This document shows, in pieces, positions 39,128-48,939 of a stretch of 60,977 nucleotides of DNA. Below the pieces are notes generated by a model. The model was not told where the DNA came from. It was given only the letters and a program-made list of their open reading frames with translations, and did no database searches. Where the stretch lies: the NCBI RefSeq assembly GCF_031769215.1, contig NW_026782835.1, positions 1-60,977 of the forward strand, given 5' to 3'. Origin of the DNA: Ylistrum balloti (taxonomy: Eukaryota). Within the stretch, counting starts at the first letter, position 1; every line of letters starts with the position of its first letter. A program made the position numbers and the translations under genes.

Positions 39128-40017
39128 GTCGTGTTTCCATCTACATCTATACTAAATCGATCTATACTAAATCGCTGTTTTTGGAGTATGATTATAACAA
39201 GGTACACCTCTAATACCAAAAAAATATAAAATATTATCTGAAGGCTGATGATGCTAAGAGAACTTATGTGCAACAGGTAGTATGTTATAGGAAGCCATTG
39301 TAGCAAGAGCAAAAAACGTATTATTTTGTGCGCAACAATGTAACCAAGAAGAAAGCCTAACATATACACAAGAACAACTAAGAAATAAAAAAGTATTTTC
39401 CATGAACTATCAGTATCCTTATCTTCTGAAAAAATAAAGCTGTGCTCTACATGGAATCTTTCATAGAAACGTTCTTGTTCCGGTCTAAATGCCATTACAT
39501 CAGTTCTCAGAATGTTAAAACGAACTTTAGGATCCAGTGCTACAAGACTAATGGTTTGTGTTGGATCATCCTCGTAAAAGAACATAACATTCATTTGTTC
39601 ACTATCTTCCCATATATATGATGGCACTGTTGGTTCATTTACTCTGAGTTTTGATGTAATATCTGCTGATATAAATTCAATGTAATCACTAGGATTCAGA
39701 GGTATAATAAGCACTCTATTTGTTCTTTTCTCCATTTCTTGAAAATAGCTTGTGCTGTCCATGTTTTCCCAAACAACAATAATAACGAAGATACACAGCG
39801 ATATTGCAAGGAAAGACCTCCACTGCTTGCGTAGCATATACACTTTAGATTTTGAAAAAAACACAGAAAGAGCAAGAGCGACACCCACTATATGCATAAG
39901 CCACTCCCAATAAAATACCCATACTAGCTCTGGAGATAGTATATTACTCATTCCAAACAACAAAAAGAGAAGGGAAATAACTGGTAGCATAATAAGGAAA
40001 AGGGTTGTTGCTTTCAT
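39124..40017 (-). CDS. Hypothetical polytopic membrane protein
   Basis: 297-aa ORF with three N-terminal and about three C-terminal TM segments around a soluble loop. Confidence 0.7.
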   Translation of the reverse strand: MKATTLFLIMLPVISLLFLLFGMSNILSPELVWVFYWEWLMHIVGVALALSVFFSKSKVYMLRKQWRSFLAISLCIFVIIVVWENMDSTSYFQEMEKRTNRVLIIPLNPSDYIEFISADITSKLRVNEPTVPSYIWEDSEQMNVMFFYEDDPTQTISLVALDPKVRFNILRTDVMAFRPEQERFYERFHVEHSFIFSEDKDTDSSWKILFYFLVVLVYMLGFLLGYIVAHKIIRFLLLLQWLPITYYLLHISSLSIISLQIIFYIFLVLEVYLVIIILQKQRFSIDRFSIDVDGNTT

Positions 40018-40201
40018 TTACTTCTCTACAGTCTTCATTATATCACTCATATAATACAAATCATACAAATAACTTACATTTTCCTACACATTGCATTGTA
40101 CAATATTATGCTAAATCATTGTATTACAAGTACTAAAAAATAGTATTTTGGGCTTGCTAAGTGTTTGCAAAAACAAATTACAATAAAGATACATAATTAA
40201 T

Positions 40202-40642
40202 ATGATGATAAAAAAAATACTCAATACCCATGCAATCATTGCGTTATTCCATGCATTGCTTATATGTGCTGTTCTTATCCTTTGCGATTACTATCTCTTT
40301 TGGCTTGCAACACATTATATCGATGTCGAATATCTTCTCTTAGGTTTCGTGCTTAGCTCTAGTATCAGTACTATATTTATCCTCAATAGTATTATTGACC
40401 TAGTGAAAAAAATACGTATAGGAATAATGAGCGGCAACAAGGAGTATAAGCGTTTTGCGTTACTGCTACTTACTATGTTCATAGGGTTCTTATCTGTGCT
40501 ACCGGGCATAATAAGCACAGCGCTAGCTGTGCTGATCTACCCTAGTTTTATACGAAACGCTCTAGCTACACTAATATTCAAGTTTCTTAAAACAAGGATT
40601 ATACTGCTGTTTTCTTTATTTCTGCACGAGCAATTAACATGA
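40202..40642 (+). CDS. Small hypothetical integral membrane protein
   Basis: 146-aa highly hydrophobic ORF filling the gap between two minus-strand genes. Confidence 0.5.
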   Translation: MMIKKILNTHAIIALFHALLICAVLILCDYYLFWLATHYIDVEYLLLGFVLSSSISTIFILNSIIDLVKKIRIGIMSGNKEYKRFALLLLTMFIGFLSVLPGIISTALAVLIYPSFIRNALATLIFKFLKTRIILLFSLFLHEQLT

Positions 40643-40660
40643 ACTGTGTATTATATTCCT

Positions 40661-42094
40661 TTACAACCTCCCACGATTAATTAAATTTACAGTCTCTTGC
40701 AAAACTGTATCTGTAGCGAGATTATACACAGGGTCTACGTTCTTAAACAAGGAAACTTGCCTCATAAGAAGTGCTTTAAGAAATGAAAAATCGTTAAATC
40801 TCATGCCCCTACTTTCTAGTCGTTGTTTGAATTCATCAATTTCTTTCTGGGTAATGTTTCCTCGTTTTTCTTCTACAAACTTCCTTATAAACTCTTCTTC
40901 AGCAATTTCCGATAACCATATTCGTTCCTTTGGATCTTCGCCAGGCCCCACATCACTTATCTCTATATCTGGAGATATCCCCACTCCGTTGATATACCTT
41001 CTCCCTGGTGTGTAGTATTCTGCAATAGTCAATGTCACAATACCATCAGCAAATGCTTGCACACTCTGGACTAAGCCTTTTCCAAATGTTGTAGAACCTA
41101 GCAGGGTAGCGTTGCTGTTGTGCTTTAGGGCGCCCGCTAGTATCTCCGCAGCAGAGGCAGTGCCCTTATTGATAAGCACGATAATATTCTTATCATCTGG
41201 TACTAAAGGTGTGTGCTGTGCAATATACGAGTAGCGGTTCTCGGGCACTCGTGAATCAGTTCCTACAATCAACTCTCCTTTTTCTAAAAAGAAATCTGCG
41301 ATTTCTAGCACAGAAGAAAGTGATCCTCCAGAATTATTTCTTAAATCTAGGATAAGGTGCTCATAGCCTCTTCTATTCAAATCATTCAATGCTTTAGAAA
41401 ACCTTTCTGGTGTATTATCATTAAAAGAAAGCAATGATAAATATGCAATGGTATCCGTTATTTTATCGTGTTTTATATACACAACTTTTATAATATCCCT
41501 CTGAATTCTTACAGGAAACAGACGTTTCCCTCGCTTTATCGTAAGCGTAATAGTTGTTCCGGGTTCGCCCCTCATAATAAGCACAGCATCATTTGCACTC
41601 ATTTCAGCTGTGCTCCTATCGTCCACAGAAACAATAAGATCTCCTGATTGCAGCCCCGCGAAGTACGCCGGAGTACTTTCGATGGGTGCTATCACTTTAA
41701 TATAATGTATACCAGTATCTACATCGAGCCCTTCATCGATGGTTATACCCAAGCCGCCAAATTCTCCTGAGACAGATTCTCTGTACTTTTCTGTGTCCTC
41801 TTGTGATACATATGTAGAGTACGGATCGCCGAGATTTTCTAACATCCCTTGCAATGCCCCATCTAATCCTTCTGCATATGTTGGATCTGTATAATAACTT
41901 CTTGAAATGTAATCGTAGAGTTGGGATAGCTTGTCCATGAATTGTCTTTTTTCTATTCTATCCTGATATCGGCTACTAGGAGTATTTCCAGACTGGGCAA
42001 AAACGCCCTTAGGAAATAATACTACATTGCCTGCCACTATACTGCATATCAGAAGATATAACACTATTTTTTTCGAAACATTAATTATAAACAT
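40661..42094 (-). CDS. ctpA: C-terminal processing protease, S41 family
   Basis: L.DPYSTY, GEFGGLGI PDZ start, SPA-like STPAY.AGL..GD.I, DLRNNSGG, GTASAAEI (Ser), TFGKGLVQ (Lys). Confidence 0.93.
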   Translation of the reverse strand: MFIINVSKKIVLYLLICSIVAGNVVLFPKGVFAQSGNTPSSRYQDRIEKRQFMDKLSQLYDYISRSYYTDPTYAEGLDGALQGMLENLGDPYSTYVSQEDTEKYRESVSGEFGGLGITIDEGLDVDTGIHYIKVIAPIESTPAYFAGLQSGDLIVSVDDRSTAEMSANDAVLIMRGEPGTTITLTIKRGKRLFPVRIQRDIIKVVYIKHDKITDTIAYLSLLSFNDNTPERFSKALNDLNRRGYEHLILDLRNNSGGSLSSVLEIADFFLEKGELIVGTDSRVPENRYSYIAQHTPLVPDDKNIIVLINKGTASAAEILAGALKHNSNATLLGSTTFGKGLVQSVQAFADGIVTLTIAEYYTPGRRYINGVGISPDIEISDVGPGEDPKERIWLSEIAEEEFIRKFVEEKRGNITQKEIDEFKQRLESRGMRFNDFSFLKALLMRQVSLFKNVDPVYNLATDTVLQETVNLINRGRL

Positions 42095-42126
42095 AGCACC
42101 CTCTTAAAGTATAGTATAATTATATC

Positions 42127-43149
42127 ATGTTATATTTTGAATACCCTAGCTGGATTTCTCCAGAAATAATACAAGGTATACCTCTACGGTGGTATAGCAT
42201 ATCATATCTTCTTGCATTTCTTATTACTTACTTGCTTGCTACACGCATAAGTAAATTATATTATAGGAAACTTGCCACTCATATTCCCAATATGATGATA
42301 TGGCTTATATTAGGAACTATGTTTGGAGCAAGAATATTCTCTAAATTAGTATACAGTCAGGAGTTTGATATTCTGCTACGACCTTGGGAGATACTTTGGC
42401 CGTTTTCCAATGGCCGTTATGTGGGAATACAAGGTTTAAGTTATCACGGAGGTTTTCTAGGGATAGTAACATGCATGCTTATCTACTGTAAGGTCTATGC
42501 GCTAGACGCAGGGCGTGTAGCAGACATATTTGCAGTAAGCGCTCCATTGGGATATACACTCGGTCGTATTGGAAATTTTACAAACGGAGAATTATTCGGT
42601 AGGGCTACTACTGTTGCGTGGGGCGTACGTTTTCCTCGTGCCCCATCTCTTCCATACGCAGATAGCAGGGTGCAGTCCATAGCGGACGAATTAGGTATTG
42701 AACCCGATGCACTTGGAAATGTAGATCTGCCCCGTCACCCTTCTCAGCTCTATGAGGCGTTCTTTGAGGGGGTAGTGTGCTTTGTTATACTCTTTACCTT
42801 ATACAGAATACTGGTAAGAAGCAAGTACTATGTTCCCTCCATCTTTTCATTTCTCTATGTAATACTCTACTCACTTGCCCGCTTTATTATAGAATACTTT
42901 AGACAACCCGACCAAGGAATAGACTTTCCTATTAGTTTTGCACGTAACACAGACGCTACTTGGTTACTGAGTAGCGCCTGGAATTTTAGTATGGGTCAAG
43001 TGATTTCTGCTATAGCAATAGCTTTGTCTATCATCTGTGCTGGCATTGTAGTTCTCCTTAAAAGATTCCCGCGATTATTCCTGCGTCACAAGACAAAAAA
43101 AATACATTACCCAGCGAGATCTCGTAGAAGAAGACATGGAAGGCTCTGA
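42127..43149 (+). CDS. lgt: Prolipoprotein diacylglyceryl transferase
   Basis: LRWYSISY, GLSYHGGFLG, GRIGNFTNGELFGR, RHPSQLYEA, RFIIEYFRQPD. Confidence 0.96.
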   Translation: MLYFEYPSWISPEIIQGIPLRWYSISYLLAFLITYLLATRISKLYYRKLATHIPNMMIWLILGTMFGARIFSKLVYSQEFDILLRPWEILWPFSNGRYVGIQGLSYHGGFLGIVTCMLIYCKVYALDAGRVADIFAVSAPLGYTLGRIGNFTNGELFGRATTVAWGVRFPRAPSLPYADSRVQSIADELGIEPDALGNVDLPRHPSQLYEAFFEGVVCFVILFTLYRILVRSKYYVPSIFSFLYVILYSLARFIIEYFRQPDQGIDFPISFARNTDATWLLSSAWNFSMGQVISAIAIALSIICAGIVVLLKRFPRLFLRHKTKKIHYPARSRRRRHGRL

Positions 43150-43891
43150 GAAAAAAACTTCTCATATAAACAAGAATACTCAGCACTCGCCCACTAAACA
43201 CAAAGCATTGCTTGACTTCTTAGTACAAGCATCTAAGAATGGAACGAGAAAAAATACTCATATCTCGTACCCCACTATGACTGAAGCACTAGAAACAGCG
43301 ATGCAGGACGCAGAACCCTTACGTCACTTCAAACATAACACGGCTCTTTCTTTACTTCATACATACCTCTTTGCGTGCCCCGCCTGCTGTGCTCTTAATA
43401 CTATTCGTATGAAATCTTGGTATGTATGCTGCACACATTGCATAACAACATGGAATATGGCGGAGTACCACGAAAAACAACTGTATACTGATACGGATGC
43501 TCTACTTTCATGCTGGATGTCTTGGCAACTTTCTTTTCTCGACGCATACACCACAAAGCACTTACAAAAGGATGCTACATTACTGTACACAGAAGATGTA
43601 ATCATGGGTTTTCGTTTGCAAAAAAAACAAAGGAGTGATCTCTTGCTGAGAAGCAATGGTTTATATTTTCTCGGCATACAGCAGAGACACAACGACATTA
43701 TACATGCCCACCATGCCCCAGACATACCCATGTCCCACATACATGGCATACAACTTCTCGACTCGCAGAGTATCTCAATACATACAAATGATGGAGTATA
43801 CTTTTTTTCCACTAAGGCATCTAACACAGGCATATTGCCGTACTGTCTTATCTTAGTACGTATCCTCCATAAGGACAAAAATAAAGAATAA
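43136..43891 (+). CDS. Hypothetical protein with a C4-type Cys cluster
   Basis: YLFACPAC....I.......CTHC...W; coupled to lgt. Confidence 0.6.
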   Translation: MEGSEKKTSHINKNTQHSPTKHKALLDFLVQASKNGTRKNTHISYPTMTEALETAMQDAEPLRHFKHNTALSLLHTYLFACPACCALNTIRMKSWYVCCTHCITTWNMAEYHEKQLYTDTDALLSCWMSWQLSFLDAYTTKHLQKDATLLYTEDVIMGFRLQKKQRSDLLLRSNGLYFLGIQQRHNDIIHAHHAPDIPMSHIHGIQLLDSQSISIHTNDGVYFFSTKASNTGILPYCLILVRILHKDKNKE

Positions 43892-44015
43892 TCGCTTATG
43901 CTACAGAATATAGGCAGCAGAATATAGGCAATTAAGTATAAAAAGAGTATAAAAAATAAAAACAAGCATGCTACTGCATGCTTGCGTAAATATTAAATAT
44001 GTAGAACGAGTTGTA

Positions 44016-44282
44016 TTATTTAATGATTGCTAATACATCCTTGTATGCAAGAACTAAATGCTCTTCAGAATCGATTTCGATTTGAGACCCTGAATACTTA
44101 TCGTAGAGCACCTTATCTCCTACTGAGATGTTTTTGATTTCATCACTATTACCTAACGCTACAACTGTTCCAGTCTGGGTTTTTTCCCTTGCTGTATCTG
44201 GAATAATAATACCGCTTTTTGTTTTGCTCTCCTCTTGAGCTATTTTTAACAGAACCCTATCTCCAAGGGGTGACACTTTCAT
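44016..44282 (-). CDS. groES: Co-chaperonin GroES
   Basis: MKVSPLGDRVL, TKSGIIIPDTAREK, G.VVA.G, VGDKVLYDKYSG; AGGAGG SD. Confidence 0.96.
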   Translation of the reverse strand: MKVSPLGDRVLLKIAQEESKTKSGIIIPDTAREKTQTGTVVALGNSDEIKNISVGDKVLYDKYSGSQIEIDSEEHLVLAYKDVLAIIK

Positions 44283-44417
44283 CTTTTCCTCCTAATATAT
44301 TTTTTGATTATTTATTAATTGCTCTTTACTTTATCATACAAGAAAACACCTATAGTGTCAATATCCATGTAGAAGAGAATTATGTATGAAAGTGTACTAA
44401 ATAATCGATAAAACCAA

Positions 44418-44446
44418 TTGACAATAAATATATAAAAGTGTACCAT
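44418..44446 (+). promoter_or_regulatory. Transposase promoter (probably leaderless transcript)
   Basis: TTGACA, 17 nt, TACCAT, then 6 nt to ATG 44453. Confidence 0.55.
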
Positions 44447-44452
44447 ATAAAT

Positions 44453-45339
44453 ATGGATACATCACTAATAGATTTTTTAGATACTTTCAAAGATGATAAA
44501 ACCTGTGAAGAATATTTTATTAATCGTAGATTCCCTGATGGCGTACACTGTGTTTATTGTAACAATAAAAATGTGTATAAAATAAATTCAAAAAAGAAAT
44601 GTCAGCAGTTTAAGTGCTCGGAATGTAAGCAAAGGTTTAGTGTTATCACAGGCACTATATTTGAAGGAACAAAGTTAGGATTACAAAAATGGTTTTTAGC
44701 ATTTCATCTTATATCTACTTCTGCTAAAGGTATTAGTAGCATTCAATTATCTAAATATTTGAAAACGACACAGCGTACAGCATGGTTTATATTACATAGA
44801 TTTAGAGAAATAGCACAAGATAATTTTAAGATAATGGGTAATGTAGAAATGGATGAGACCTTTATAGGTGGGAAAGAGAAGAACAAGCATGTAAGTAAAA
44901 AGAAGGGGTATCATGGTACAGAAGGGAAAACTGCAGTAATGGGAGCAATATCACAGGAAACGAAACAAGTAGTAGCATATCCTGTAAAGGAAGCTAGTTA
45001 TAGCAGTATAGAAACATTTAGAGAGCATCATATAGAAAAAGGAAGTATTATATAGCGATGATTGTAGCGCCTATAAAGGACAAGCATTATTTAGAGTAAA
45101 CCATAGTGCGAAAGAGCATGTCAGAGATGAGCATATACATACTAATACGATAGAGAGCTTTTGGGCTATTATAAAAAGAGGATATATAAGAGTACATCAC
45201 TGGTGGGGTAATAAACATGCAAAACGATATACAAATGAATTTACATATAGAGCTATAATAATAAAGGTGTTTCTATTGCAAATCTTTAATAAAAACCATT
45301 GGTAAACGGCCAAAATATAGAGTATTAACACATGGCTAA
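44453..45339 (+). pseudogene. IS1595-family transposase, frameshifted
   Basis: Zn ribbon CVYC..C.EC, VEMDETFIGG. A 2-bp loss in a TA run near 45050 gives a premature TAG; the other frame continues SDDCSAYKG..HTNTIESFWAIIKRG...HHW...H..RYTNEFTYR, with further shifts near the 3' end. Confidence 0.9.
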
Positions 45340-45448
45340 GAAGTCACAAAGATTTAAGATAAATATGTCTCTCGATAACTTTTTAGATAGTGTAAAAGAT
45401 AAGGCAAAGACAGAAGTAACTAACAAAACAAGAAATTATCACAGATAA
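45332..45448 (+). CDS. Small hypothetical ORF inside the IS1595 element
   Basis: 38-aa ORF MAKKSQRFKINMSLDNFLDSVKDKAK... overlapping the transposase end; not in the supplied ORF track. Confidence 0.3.
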   Translation: MAKKSQRFKINMSLDNFLDSVKDKAKTEVTNKTRNYHR

Positions 45449-45486
45449 GAATAATAACAAAATAACATTAAATAAAAGGTTATCAC

Positions 45487-46732
45487 ATGAAAATAGAGCA
45501 TCAGATAAACTCTCATGAATGGACTAATCATTATATAGAGCTGATTGTAAATACGCTCTTAAACATTTAATAGAAAACAATGTAAAAGTAGACCTTATTT
45601 ATTTAGATCCTCCTTTTAATTCAAATCGAAACTACAATATAATCTATGCAAAGAATAAAAATTCTGTAGGGGCTTCACAAAAAGCATTTTATGATATGTG
45701 GACAATGACTAATCAGACAAGACAATTATTATTAGATTTTATAGAACTGGAGGAAATAGTAAAAGTGGTTTGCAAAAAAACATGATATAATTTTATTTTA
45801 TGCAAAAAATCGTAAGCATTATTTCTTTACCCCCCACTCAAAAATCCTATTTAGACAACACATGCTATAAGCCTCATCAGAAAAGATCAAAAAAATTAAA
45901 TATAAAAGAAAATGATATGGGAATGTATAGAGAGATACGTAGGAGAGATGTATGGGATGATATAAATGCGTTGCATCCTAGAGCTAAAGAAAGAGAAGGA
46001 TTTCCTACACAAAAACCTACCAACTTACTTAACATAATAATAAAAACAAGTTGCCCTGAAAATGGAGTAATATTAGACCCCTATTGTGGATGTGGCACTA
46101 CCGTAGTAAGTGCCATTCTTAATAAAAGAGAATGGATAGGTATAGATATAAGCTCTAATGCTGTAGAGATAATGGAAAATAGAATAGAAAATATACATAC
46201 ATCAGCAGTTACTCCAAAAAAAATACCATTTGATACATGCAAACCCTGCAAATCTAACTGAATATAATAAGTGTGGTGCTTATCAAAAACAAGAGTGGCT
46301 TATAAACTCCGTAGGTGGTGCATGTAATTCTAGAAACAGTAATGATGATGGAATAGACGGCGAACTTACTGTACATGGTGGTTTTGATAGCAATGGTAGC
46401 GATATATGGCATAAAGTAATATTTAGTGTCAAAACTGGTAATCAAAGTAACCCTAATTTTATAAAAGAACTTGTGAGGACTATATCACTGACTGACGCTA
46501 CTTATGGAGCACTAATATTAGATAAAGACCCTAGTGAGAACATGTTAAAAGAAGCTCAAAAAAAGAGGCGGGTTATGTATCAATATACTAAAGAAATGCC
46601 CCCTCAATATTTTATACTGTTCAAATACTTACAAGTCAGCAAATTATAGATGGAGCTAGATTTGATTTTCCTCCTACAATAAATAAAATAAAAGAGGTTA
46701 GGAAACATCCTACTATTGATTTTGAATCCTAG
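45487..46732 (+). pseudogene. Beta-class amino-methyltransferase fused to a Mrr-like PD-(D/E)XK domain; frameshifted and internally deleted
   Basis: Fragments in several frames: VDLIYLDPPFNSNRNYN (motif IV), KKHDIILFYAK, DVW.DI, FPTQKP..LL..II, ILDPYCGCGTT (motif I), GIDIS, then DDGIDG...IFSVKTG and VQILT...I.G; the last stop falls in the right TIR. Confidence 0.8.
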
Positions 46733-46789
46733 TACACTTTCATACATAATTCCCATGTAGAAGTGCTCCATGCATGAAATATAATACTA

Positions 46790-47947
46790 CTATGTTTTCT
46801 GCCCAAGGTAATAATAAGAAAATTCTACGAATTCATTAAGAGCTACAAACAAATGATACAGAGTGCTAGATGGCGAATACGTGGACAGTACTCCCCCTTT
46901 TTCATCCACACAGTCATTCCATGCTACTTGATGGGTATTATTGCAAAAAACACGAAACAGCGTTTCAACAGAAGAGAGCAAGTCGGTAAGATAATTGGTG
47001 TTCTCTGTGCGCCTATACATAGTAATATTTGCCTTTATATACTCAGTCTGCGCCCACATACGGTGTGTGGTTTGTGTACGCTCGCCTGTCGGGGAACATA
47101 CTTGATAGGGAATTGCATTCTCACTGCACCCCTTGTGTCTTGCAAAGGTGTATATATTCTCTATAGAGCTTACTTTTTCTCCCGATAATCTCTCGTACTT
47201 ATCTAGGAGCCACACCCACTCAAAATGATGCCCTGGTTCCACAGCAGTCCATAACTTCTTATCGGGCATAAAATGCATATCAAAGTACTCGATAATTACC
47301 GAATGTGTTGAATGTAGGAAGTAGCGAGTGTAGAGAGCGTATATCTCCTTCGCTTGTTGCATCCAGTAGTCTTCTCCAGTAAGTCCATAAAGCTCCAACA
47401 AGACCTCAAACAAATGCATGTGTGGATTCTGTAGAAAGTATGGCGATTCTGTAATAATAGGATCACTTGTAATATACCCCCCACTGGAGTGTCGAAACGT
47501 TTTCTGCATGCATTGCCATATTTTTTGTAGCATATGCTTATAGTAATCCTCCTTGGTAACATGATGTAACCATATAGTTCCTAAAAGCGCAAAAGCCATG
47601 TCATAGGTAAAAACAGTGTTGTCGATAATTATAGCGTGTGCGTTGCTCAGGGTGGCAAACCCTCTTCCTTCCTGCCAGCATTTTGCCATAATAAAATCAA
47701 AGGCTTTCTCTGCGGTAGCTATATAGTTGCCGTAGCCCTTTGCTGTTGCTGCTGCATGTACAAAAATATTCCTTGGGTGTATGCGAAAGCGCTTGTCTTT
47801 CTCTTGTATGGGGTGCAGATTGATATCTATGCCTTCAAAGTAGCCCCCATGCGTATCATCGTAGCCAGTACTTGCCCAATACCCCACACTCTGCTGTATA
47901 TATTCTTTGCAAAGCGTGCTATATGATTGTATTTTTTCTCGCAACAC
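46790..47947 (-). CDS. AGE family epimerase/isomerase (N-acyl-glucosamine 2-epimerase / mannose isomerase-like)
   Basis: GGYFE, QNPHMHLFE, EPGHHFEWVWLL, RMWAQTEYIKA, STLYHL. Confidence 0.85.
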   Translation of the reverse strand: MLREKIQSYSTLCKEYIQQSVGYWASTGYDDTHGGYFEGIDINLHPIQEKDKRFRIHPRNIFVHAAATAKGYGNYIATAEKAFDFIMAKCWQEGRGFATLSNAHAIIIDNTVFTYDMAFALLGTIWLHHVTKEDYYKHMLQKIWQCMQKTFRHSSGGYITSDPIITESPYFLQNPHMHLFEVLLELYGLTGEDYWMQQAKEIYALYTRYFLHSTHSVIIEYFDMHFMPDKKLWTAVEPGHHFEWVWLLDKYERLSGEKVSSIENIYTFARHKGCSENAIPYQVCSPTGERTQTTHRMWAQTEYIKANITMYRRTENTNYLTDLLSSVETLFRVFCNNTHQVAWNDCVDEKGGVLSTYSPSSTLYHLFVALNEFVEFSYYYLGQKT

Positions 47948-47979
47948 CGCTGCTACCTCCTTTGCATATAAAGACTGTG

Positions 47980-48897
47980 TTATTGAAACATATCGGCATC
48001 TGAAAGATAACGTTCTCCTAGATCATAATTAATAGTAAGATATGTTTTTTGTGCTGCAGTGCTATATTTTCTTATAAATTTAGATACAGCATGTAAAGAT
48101 GCTCCAGTAGAAACACCTCCTAACACAGCTTCTTTCTTTGCTAATTGTGATGCAGCACTATATGCGTCAACTTCTTCTACATGTATTACCCCATCAATAT
48201 ACTGTAGCTTAAGGTTTTTTGGAATAAAACCTGGGCTTGCCCCTGCAATACGGTGAGCTCTTGCTTCTCCTCCCGCTATTACTGGGCTAATACTTGGTTC
48301 AACGGCATATACTTTGAGACGAGGAATATATTTTTTCAATTCAATGGCAAGACCACTTATATGCGCTCCCGTTCCAGAAGAAGTAATGAGATAATCAATA
48401 CCATGTGGAAAATCACGTAGTATTTCCTGGGCAGTATTACGCATGTGTGCAAGAATGGAGTCGTGATTTGAAAATTGATTGGGCATCCAGGCATTACGTA
48501 TACTCCGTTTCATATACAGCGCTCTTTCTAACGCTCCTTTTGTTCCTAAATGAGCTGGAGACAGCACTACTTTAGCCCCAAAGGCTTCCATAACTTTTAT
48601 TCTTTCTTTACTCATTTTTGCAGACATTACTATGATTACCTTGTACCCTTTTACTGCTCCAAACATAGCAATAGCTATCCCTGTATTACCTGATGTTGCT
48701 TCTATAATGGTGTCTCCGGGGTGTATATCCCCTCGCTTTTCTGCTTCTTCTAGCATATAGGCAACCGCTCTATCCTTTATGCTTCCTCCTGGATTTAATT
48801 TCTCTAATTTTAACCACACTTCTTGGTAAGGAAACAGTCGAGATAGTCGTACAACTGGGGTGTTCCCTATTGCATCAATAATGCTAGAAATTTTCAT
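47980..48897 (-). CDS. cysK: Cysteine synthase A
   Basis: IGNTPVVRL, KLEKLNPGGSIKDR (PLP Lys), EATSGNTGIA, NQFSN, GTGAHISG, G.STGA, DLGERYLS. Confidence 0.93.
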   Translation of the reverse strand: MKISSIIDAIGNTPVVRLSRLFPYQEVWLKLEKLNPGGSIKDRAVAYMLEEAEKRGDIHPGDTIIEATSGNTGIAIAMFGAVKGYKVIIVMSAKMSKERIKVMEAFGAKVVLSPAHLGTKGALERALYMKRSIRNAWMPNQFSNHDSILAHMRNTAQEILRDFPHGIDYLITSSGTGAHISGLAIELKKYIPRLKVYAVEPSISPVIAGGEARAHRIAGASPGFIPKNLKLQYIDGVIHVEEVDAYSAASQLAKKEAVLGGVSTGASLHAVSKFIRKYSTAAQKTYLTINYDLGERYLSDADMFQ

Positions 48898-48939
48898 GTT
48901 CTGTATTTAGCATATTCTACTTAATTGAAAATATCAAGC

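Larger units (their letters stand above)
44375..46754 (+). mobile_element. IS1595-family transposon with passenger genes (tIS), 2380 bp, decayed
   Basis: Left TIR GAGAATTATGTATGAAAGTGTACTA (44375-44399) and right TIR (46730-46754) match 24/25; an 8-bp direct repeat ATGTAGAA flanks both ends (44367-44374, 46755-46762). Confidence 0.92.

Noticed and set aside
40150-40180. GTGTTTGCAAAAAC as a second att copy of the mnmE 3' end
   Set aside because: Only about 10 of 14 matches in AT-rich DNA; within chance.
43357-43965. 202-aa minus-strand ORF
   Set aside because: Antisense to the lgt-coupled ORF and compositionally a shadow frame, like the many other short antisense ORFs in the track.
44016-44282. 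groES without adjacent groEL
   Set aside because: Separation of groES and groEL is known in spirochaetes and is not explained by the IS, which lies upstream.
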